Under the pieces are notes generated by a model. It saw nothing but the letters and a program-made list of their open reading frames with translations, did not search any database and was not told where the DNA came from. A stretch of 64,000 nucleotides of DNA from Octopus vulgaris (lineage: Eukaryota). The stretch is from the NCBI GenBank assembly GCA_951406725.2, contig OX597827.1, positions 1,116,001 through 1,180,000 on the forward strand, in the 5' to 3' direction. Shown here piece by piece: positions 54,520 to 64,000 of the stretch (the first letter of the stretch is position 1; every line of letters begins with the position of its first letter). The position numbers were made by a program, and so were the translations under genes.

Positions 54520-54588
54520 GTTGGATACACTGTCATCATAAAAATGAGAAGTGATTCTTCTATGACGTGCACTACAGCGACTAGCATA

Positions 54589-54693
54589 CAGTTCTATATT
54601 TAACTGCACACGGGCATATGGTGTAGTGGTTAAGAGCATGGGCTACTAACCCCAAGATTCCAAGTTCGATTCCAGGCAGTGACCTGAATAATA

Positions 54694-54724
<31 letters not shown>

Positions 54725-54871
54725 TATTGAAAAATACCTTAGCAATGAGAACCCAGCTTCGAAATTTCCCCCAAGACACCTGATGAAGGCTGGAGGGTAT
54801 ATCAGCCGAAACATTGTGTTAACAACTGACACGATGAGGACAAATATCCATCAAATGTAAATAATGTAAAT
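54589..54871 (+). mobile_element. tRNA-headed short retroelement with internal (AAT)n and a minimal hammerhead (54775-54820)
   Basis: A box tggtgtagtgg, B box agttcgattcc, gacac-CTGATGA-A-GGCTGG agggtata TCAGCC-GAAA-CA-T-T-gtgtt; 13-bp near-perfect TSD agc(g/a)actagcata at 54576-54588 and 54872-54884. Confidence 0.8.
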
Positions 54872-55049
54872 AGCAACTAGCATATTTTGCATTTGAACCT
54901 GCCTAGACATGTGAAGAATAAATATGCATAGAATTGTTCCAGGTCTCCCTGAATGTGGTGCAAAGAAGAATTTTTTTTATAATGATTTTTTTTAGATTTT
55001 GTATTTGTTTTATCTAAATGTAAACTTTTCTTGTGTATTAAAAAAATAA

Positions 55050-55860
55050 AAACATGATGATGATGATGATGATGATATTAGTAGTGATGATAATGATGAT
55101 GATAACAAAAGTGACGATAATTATGCTGACAACAATGATAATGATGATAACTATGATTATGATGATAATGAATGATGGTGATGATAGTGATGATGGTGAT
55201 AATGATGAGGACAGTGATGTGGGCAATGATAATGATGAGAGTGATGATGATGGGGATAATGAGAATGATGATTATGATGACTACAGTGATAGTTAGTGGT
55301 GGTGATGATGTTGATGATGATAACGAAGATGATTATGATGGTGAAATGATAACGATGACAGTGATGATGATGATGATGATGACAATGATGGTGATGATGA
55401 TGATGACAATAATGATTACAGTGATGATATCTATGATAAATTATTCTTGTAAATTTTGCAATAATTATAGGCCTTCATCACATTCTTCTGTATTTAATGC
55501 AGAAGTTGCAATTGCTGTGTTTCAAGTACAACACTCTAATGAAGAGATGAACACCACAACAAGCACCGAAGCCACCATTACCATCACTACTAGCGCCATC
55601 GTTACCAACACCAAGACTAGCACCTCCTTCAATCATTATCATCACCACCATCAGCACTTTAATCACCAAGACCACCTCCAGCACTACAGCCACCAACACC
55701 ACCACCACCACTACCACTATCACCACCACCGTTTTATACCATCATACCATCATCATCATCATCACTACCACTATCACCACCACCATCACCATCACAATCA
55801 TCAGCAGACACCACCACTATATCAGCATCACCATCATCATCACGACCACCAACACCGTTA
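55050..55860. repeat. (GAT)n-rich block followed by a complementary (CAT/CAC)n-rich block
   Basis: Directly visible. Confidence 0.9.
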
Positions 55861-56374
55861 ACTACTACTACCACATATGTATCCACCCGACCATTACTAA
55901 CACCAATACTGTTCTCCTTGAAGATATTATCCCCCAATAACTAGTGTGGCAGCACCGTTATCAAATTGCTATAAAATCAAAAGACACACAAGATGAAAGG
56001 AAATTACAAGGATCTCCATTGAATGGAGAGTGGAAGCATTGTGGAGCAGTGGTAAAACCTTGGCATGCTGAGGCTGATAGTTGGGGTTCAATCTCAATAG
56101 CATTTCACTAATTTTCCTTTCCTTTATTTTTTTATTCTACTCTATTTCTTTAATGATTTCTTCATTTCCTTTTCTTTTTAATTTTTTTTATTTGTTTCAT
56201 TCATTTGACTGCGGCCATGCTGGAGCACTAACTTTTATCAAACAAATCGACCCCCAGGACTTATTCTTTGTAAACCTAGAACTTATTCTATCGGACTCTT
56301 TTGCTGAACCGCTAAGTTACAGGGACATAAACACACCAGCATCGGTTGCCAAGCGATGGTGGGGGACAAACACT

Positions 56375-56419
<45 letters not shown>

Positions 56420-57268
56420 GCACATGCACGCATATACAATGGGCTACCATTCCCCCCACCCTAACCCTAACCCTAAAACAGATTGAAATGCAATAGATTG
56501 ATACTAGGGTCATAATTATGGGTGACAATTTCATATGACACCTCTAGAAAAAACTACCGAAAAGATTCCCAAGACAAGTAGCTTAACTTGAAAAATTGCG
56601 TAATACGAAAAAGCATTTTAAAAAATTTATTTGCAAATTTCTCTTTTAACAAATGATTTGTACAAACTTTCACATGTATTTTATTTGGGTTTCTACTTCA
56701 GTATCAGTTTTACGTATTTTTTTTTCCTAAATTTAAATCTGTTTACTGAGACAGAAGTAAATTCAGATAAATTGACTGAAGATGAGTTTATTTTTTTGCA
56801 TTTATTTCTTTAAAAAAAACGACAATGTTGACAAAGACTAACTTAAATGACATTAAGATGAGGAACAGGTGTGGCTGTGTGGTAAAAAGTTTGCTTCTCC
56901 ACAACATGGTTCTGAGTTCAGTCCCATTGTGCAGCACCTTGAGCAAGTGTCTTCTACTATAGCCTTGGGTCAACAAAGCCTTCTGAGTGGATTTCGTAGA
57001 ATAAAACAGAAGGAACCCCACCATATATGTATATATATATATGTCTTCAGCAATGTAACTACACACATGCTGTTGGGAATTTCTTTTTTTTTTTCCATCT
57101 TTGGACTTTTCCATTTCCCCTTTCCGATGAAGTGTTATGTTTGAAATATCAAAAACTCTCCCCTTTTATTGAGCATCAAGCTAACACATCCCTTGTACAT
57201 GTTCTCCTGTTATCACTTATTGATAATTTTATTATTCAGCTATTTGAATTGATTGTTCATTTGAATAG

Positions 57269-57313
<45 letters not shown>

Positions 57314-57316
<3 letters not shown>

Positions 57317-57480
57317 TAATCCAAACATGAAAACACAAAGAGAAAACACAACAACGTGAGGACGTGGAACAAATATAGTATTATTGGACGCTCAGGAAAG
57401 AAGGAAAGAAGGAGGGTTTAACATACATACATACATAGGAGAAGAAAAGATCCTGAGATGGGAAGACAGAGGAAAAAAAA
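57314..57480 (-). mobile_element. Copy of the 23290-23488 element lacking the hammerhead core
   Basis: Aligns by eye on both sides of the core; the core is replaced by (catA)n. Confidence 0.75.
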
Positions 57481-57729
57481 AAATATATATATATATATAT
57501 ACATACATACATACATACATACATATGCTCAGTGGTATTTCATCTGCTATTACGTTCTGAGTTCAAATTCCACCAAGGTCGACTTTGCCTTTCATCCTTT
57601 CAGGGTCAATAAGTTAAGTACCAGTTACGCACTGGGGTCGATGTAATCGACTTAATCTCCTTGTTTGTCCCCTCTATATTTAGCCCCCTTGTGGGCAATA
57701 AAGAAATAAGATACTGTGTGGAAGCCTGC

Positions 57730-57818
<89 letters not shown>

Positions 57819-58399
57819 CTTTGTCTTAGCATCAATGATTGTTGTAAATGTCTTTCATTTCCAATGTTCTGGCCATGGAGAAATATAACCTTGCCTAGGA
57901 AGAAGTAAAGGTTGAGAAGAGGAAGAGTATCGTTCAGCCATAGAAAATACAAACAAGGCAAGCATGGAACTGTGGATGTTAAATGAATGATACAAATGCC
58001 AAGGAAACCAATAACTCTTGCCTGGACAGACTTCAGGCTAACTGTTGACAAATAAATATAAGCCTCTTAAGTATGAGATTCTTAATCCCTCATGGCTATT
58101 GAACTTATCAACCTTTCCTATGAGCTAACTATTGCTGACACATCTCATCACCAGGTTTCTTGGGATTCTATATTTAATCTTTATATTGAACATATCACCT
58201 CACTGTCTTGGAGACAAATTGGCTGTATGGCTTGAGTTTTTGTGGGATTACCTTGGTGTATATGTTCTGACGAGCAAAACGCTCCCCATCCCCGTCCAAT
58301 GGATGGTGCTGAGTTGTCAAATATTTAAACCAAATTTTCTTGAAACAACTTGTCCGACTGTCCCATAGGCCTCCCCTTTGAGAAACACTGATTTAATCT

Positions 58400-58688
58400 A
58401 AATTTGAGACACCAGGAAAAAGAAGAAATAAAGATAGACTTTTTTTACAATTCCAACGAAAAAACGATTTTATTCACACAAATATGCAACCGAAGAGTTT
58501 AAAGTACCAGTAATGATAGGGCTGTTGATTTTGGAGAACACAATCAATTTTTGTAATTTTTTCAAGACTTATACACGCCCTGATACCGTCAGTATCTACA
58601 TATCAAATTTGAGTGCAATCGGATGGAGGATGCCCAAGATCTTAGAAGACACACAGACAGACAGACAGAACAGATTTTATATAATAGA
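58400..58688 (-). mobile_element. Helitron-like non-autonomous element, 5' part
   Basis: Minus strand begins A|TCtattatataaaatctgttctgtctgtctg; 3' end not identified. Confidence 0.5.
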
Positions 58689-59610
58689 TATTCTGTGCTC
58701 TGAATTCAAATCCTGCTGAGATCAATGCTTTCATCCTTTTGGAGTCATTCATCATCATCATCATCATCATCACCATTTTAATACCCCCTTTTCCATGCTT
58801 GCAGGAGAGTCAGATGGGGTTTGCTGAGACATATGGCAGATTTTCTACACCCGGATGCTCTTTCTGTCACCAATCCTCATCTGTTTTCAAGCAAAGTAAT
58901 ATTTGTCTGTGCCCAGATATATTTCCACAGAATATTGGAAAGGAATGGCATGGCTGGCAATGACAATGTCGTTCGTTTACAACTCTTGTGCAATGTCAAA
59001 ACAATGAGACATAAATACATCCCCACACACAATGTTTCTGCATACCAAATCCACTCACAAGTCTTTGGTTAACTCAAGACTATTGTAGAAGTCACTTGCC
59101 ACTGGTGCCATGTAGTGGGACTGAACCCACAATCATGGGATCAGGAAGCATGCCTGCACCTATTCAGTTAAAATAAAGTGTCAATCCAGAAGGACAGATT
59201 AATTATTGGAGAAGCAGACAAACCTTGTAATGTCTTTTCCAATGCTTTACTTTCTAACCTTAATAACAGTTTGGAGAAGGGAAATTCATACACATGGACA
59301 ATTGATGGTCATGCATGAATAAAGTTTACCTAAGCATCCAAGTATAATACTTTGGAGAGGAACTTACCAGGTGCAGGTTTATGGTCAGTCATGGCTGACT
59401 AAGTTCCCATCTCATACCTTGCCAAGTTACTAACCATTAACATTTACAGTTTGCTATTGCTAAACTGAAGCTACATAAACCATGACAAAGTAGAGTAATC
59501 TCATATAGGATGTGACTCAGAGTATCAAAATGTGGTATATTTCTAGTGAGAAATCTACACGGAGAGAGAACAAGAACAAACACACTGATCCTGCATATAC
59601 GGATCCAGGC

Positions 59611-60266
59611 CAATGGTTTTCAACTATTTTTGCAGATGAATCCCTTAGATTCCTATTTTACTCAGATGGACCCCTATTGCCATATGATCTTTAAAAAGTC
59701 CTATTGTGTTTTTATAATTGAATACTCTTTACTCTTTTACTTGTTTCAGTCATTTGACTACAGCCATGCTGGAGCACCGCCTTTAGTCGAGCAAATTGAC
59801 CCCATGACTTATTCTTTGTAAGCCTAGTACTTATTGTATTGGTCCCTTTTGCCGGACCGCTAAGTTACAGGGATGTAAACACACCAGCATCGGTTGTCAA
59901 GCAATGTTGGAGGGACAAACACACACACACATATATATATACATATATACAAAGGGCTTCTTTCAGTTTCCGTCTACCAAATCCACTCACAAGGCTTTGG
60001 TCGGCCTGAGGCTATAGTAGAAGACACTTGCCCAAGGTGTCATGCAGTGGGACTGAACCCGGAACCATGTGGTTCATAAGCAAGCTCCTTACCACACAGC
60101 CACTCCAACACCTACTGTATAAATTTTATAATTGAATATTGTATAAAAATAAATTAAGATATTTTGTGTATTGTAGAATTATAAGCAATTTATTGCACAT
60201 AAATTTTAACAACAGAATCTTATATGGACCCCCAAGGGCCATACAGATCCTGGCTGAGAACCACTG
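59611..60266. mobile_element. hAT-like MITE with full SINE A insert (59723-60113, -)
   Basis: caatggttttcaac ... gctgagaaccactg termini; body shared with 16520-17130. Confidence 0.75.
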
Positions 60267-62123
60267 GTTTAGACAAAGATTCAGATTGTCTCTGCACTGA
60301 ATGTATTGTTGGGCATTAGGATTGTTATATGCAAAGGAATAGCTTGCATTTTGATTGAGCTAGGATTAAGTTACAAATGAAGAGGATAAAAGCAAGGTCG
60401 TAAACAGTGAGCTCTGCATTTAAATGGATGGATTAAAGACCAACGTTCTTTTGTATCATCATTTTAACGTCCACCAGGGTCATATTTTCTATGGCTGCAT
60501 ACTCATCCTGTTGTCAGCCCTTACCTGTTTCCAAGCAAGGTAATATTTCTCCAGAATATTAGAAATGAATGATATTTATTTACAACAAACATGTGATGTC
60601 AATACAAAAACACACACACACACACACACATTTGATTAATGAGAGAGAGACAGAAGATGGAAGATATGAGAATCTTTATTGCTCATTACAATTGTTTCAA
60701 CCTATTTAGCACTGAACTCTCATGTGTGGGATACTGAACATCAGGTTTAGGTGTATCCTCAGTGTAGATGTATCTCCTCAGATAATTTCAAGAGGTATTT
60801 CATTAAGATAAATGCATAATACAACTAAAAAAGTATTATACATATATATATAAATATCTATATACTATTAAAAGTGAAGTTCAATCTCGTTTGCAATGTT
60901 ACTCAGCCAAACTGGCACATAGTGAGAAAAGTACTTTGAAAGTAAATGCCCCTGAAATGTGAATACAAATGGAATAAAATAAGTTTCATGTAAATTGGAC
61001 TAGTAGTTATTGAGATATCCGAGATTTTGGGGTATAAATACCCAAAATGTTGCATAATGGGAAAATACTCCAAAAAATAACTTTACCCTGAAAGAGAAGA
61101 AACTCTAACCTTTCCATTAGACACATTACAACAGGCAAAATATTTTAAAATGAAAATGACTTTAAAAATATGGTAAATACTTTGTAAAAGACCAGTTTAT
61201 AACCTTGGTGTGAAATAGTGCTTTTCCATGCATTTCTTTTGTGTGCATTCAATGTATCTCACCCCCAAAGATTTAGCTACTATGTCTAGCACGCCCTGAT
61301 ACTATGTAACAGTTATTTGCAATAAAGGACCCGAAATACCTGCTACGTGGTAGCAAGGCGTGCAAGAAATAGCAGCCAAATCTTTCCTTTTCTGGGAAAA
61401 GGAGCCATTTATGTGTGATTTTGATGTCACATTTGTTGAAAGTATGTTAAATAATATGGAAAAGAAAAAAAAACCCATGAACCAAAACTCCACTGCTGGG
61501 AAACTCAGACTTCAACGGGTCATGAGTAGTCTAATATATATATACACACACATATACATGAGAGGCTTTTACACATCTTCTGTCTATCAAATTCACTCAC
61601 AAACCATTGGTTGGCCCAAAACTATAAAAGAAAACATATGTCCAAGGTGCCACAAAGGGGGACTGAACCCCAAATTCTATGGTTGCAAAGTCAGCTTTTT
61701 AACTCCATAGCCAAACATGATAACATGCCAAGACATTTATACAGTGACAAATATTCACCTACACACACACACACACACAGGCACACACACATGCATGCAC
61801 ACATACATGCAACCACAACAATAGCAAGAGTTGCAACAGCAGCAGCAGCAGCAACAACAACAACAACACTCGTATGCTTTCGTTCACAAAAATCACCATT
61901 CCATTTATAAATAGATATTTATTTATCATTCCGTTCTGAACAACAGAAAGAACAAAACCATAGAAGGGAAAAAAACAAAAAGAAAAGGGACAAAACTTGC
62001 CAAGTTTATTTCCAAATTCCAGTTACTTTCTTCCATTTTATTGAAATAACTACTTATTCTTCTTCCCATGATGTTCATGGTTTTTCCACATTCTTCTTAT
62101 TATTGTCTTATACCTACCACATA

Positions 62124-62158
<35 letters not shown>

Positions 62159-62163
62159 ACACA

Positions 62164-62247
<84 letters not shown>

Positions 62248-62275
62248 GGTATATATATATATATATATATACACA

Positions 62276-62378
<103 letters not shown>

Positions 62379-62807
62379 ACACACATACATACACATATAT
62401 GTATTTGTATATATGCATGTGTGTGTGTATATATACACACACACATGCACAATATTTATATATATATATACACTACATACACATATACACACATTCTCTA
62501 TATTTCTCTTTTACTTCTTATTCAAACTTCTTCCTTATTCTATATTCTTCCATTTTATCTATTTTTCACACTAAATCGTGATTCTTCTTCACTTTATATA
62601 TTATTTTATTCTCTTATACTTTAATTGTCACCAATTCTCAGCAAAGATTTTTTTTTTGTTTTTACATATTATTCGTTTTGTCTTTTTGATGTCGTTTTTC
62701 TTCATGTGAAGGTAAAATGGAGGAAAAAAAACATAAAAGAAATCAAAAAACATTATAGGTTTTCTGCAAATTTTTCTTGAGTCAGTCATTATTTTACTTC
62801 AATTTCA

Positions 62808-62857
<50 letters not shown>

Positions 62858-62946
62858 TCTCTTGTTAATGTGTTTTCTCTCTCTTCACCATTCCTTCAGT
62901 CAGTCTCTCTGTCTCTTTCTCTCTCTGCTCTATTTCTAACTCTTCT

Positions 62947-62989
<43 letters not shown>

Positions 62990-63277
62990 TTGTCCCTCTT
63001 TAATCTATTTCCTCACTTCCTTCCTAGCCTACCCCCACTTGCAACTCTAATGTACATGTAGACACATGCTTACAAACACACACACTTTCTACACACATCT
63101 TTGTCTCTCTCTCTTTCTTTTTGCACACTTCTCTTTACCTTTCTCCCACCTTCTCTCTCTCTCTTTCTCTCTTACACACTTTGCTACTCTCCCTCTCTCT
63201 TAGTCTATATTTCTCCTTATCTCTCTCTCAGCCAGTTAGCTTTCTAACTGTTCTTCTCTTTCAAGTTATATGGCACA

Positions 63278-63318
<41 letters not shown>

Positions 63319-63648
63319 ACACACTCCAGCACGTATGCATTTGAATGGATCCTCCATCAAGTTTTGATGATGAAAATTCCAGTTGTTTGATCAACAAGCC
63401 AGCCTACTCATTAAATTAACATGTACGTCAGTGAGCATCCCACATAAAAGACACTGGTACTCAGCGTAATTCTTAAGAAGAACCAGCTTGACACTGTCAG
63501 TGACAAGACTGGACGCTTTAATTACAGGTAGAGTTCGTATACATGTGTATTTGCACATGGACACACACACATAAGAACAACCTACACGTTGCCATATCTG
63601 ACAGCATAAAAGACACACAGGTTTTTAATGTATTAAAACATGTGGTAT

Positions 63649-63856
63649 TTAATCCTTTAGCATTTAAACTAGCCATCCCTGGCCCAAATATTTCACTTGT
63701 CTTATGTTGGTACCAGCTGGATACAGCCTCTCATACCTACAATGTTGTTTTAAAAATTGAAACCTCAAAGCTATGAAATAATGCATGAATAATTTAAAAC
63801 AAATTGAATAAATAAGCATTACATTAGATAGATAATCTGAATGCCAAAGAGTTAAA
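63649..63856. mobile_element. piggyBac-like MITE
   Basis: TTAA-tcctttagcatt ... aatgccaaagag-TTAA; paralog of 28595-28821. Confidence 0.8.
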
Positions 63857-64000
63857 GCAACCTAGTACTACATTACAAAAGTACCTCATTTTTTATAGCT
63901 GTATGTAATGTGCTTCGAGAACCCTTATTCCAAATGTGAATTATTTCAAGTTCTCTAGAAAGTTTATGAAATTCTTATAAGCCAACAATTATTATTATTA

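Noticed and set aside
54611-54685. Genuine tRNA-Ser gene
   Set aside because: Acceptor and T stems pair poorly, and it is embedded in a TSD-flanked repeat; treated as a SINE head, as are the other tRNA-like heads.
56458-56476. Telomeric (CCCTAA)3
   Set aside because: Only three units inside an apparent interspersed repeat; not evidence of a telomere or fusion.
63330-63530. Coding-like island (MDPPSSFDDENSSCL..., TLVLSVILKKNQLDTV...)
   Set aside because: In-frame stops and weak splice sites; cannot be supported as an exon without RNA data.

Overview
AT-rich, microsatellite-dense eukaryotic DNA. The protocadherin type and the repeat landscape suggest a coleoid cephalopod, probably Octopus (inference). 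The only confident gene is one minus-strand protocadherin coding exon (28877-31315: signal peptide, 6 cadherin repeats, TM, start of the cytoplasmic tail) bounded by consensus splice sites. The rest is tRNA-derived SINEs (three or more families), RTE-type LINE remnants, a mariner remnant, Helitron/Helentron derivatives, several MITE families, a solo LTR and simple repeats. Almost all other ORFs in the track are microsatellite artefacts. The most unusual signal is a dispersed set of hammerhead-ribozyme (HHR) motifs inside short non-autonomous elements. These include a TSD-flanked element joining a tRNA-like Pol III head to a minimal hammerhead, and fold-back elements whose inverted arm starts near the predicted cleavage site (Penelope-like architecture). 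Weaker leads: candidate plus-strand microexons, a CpG-decay boundary near 9-11 kb, a pre-miRNA-sized hairpin, and the stop-free 3n protocadherin exon bracketed by inverted SINEs. Repeat boundaries were read by eye and are approximate; no searches were run.
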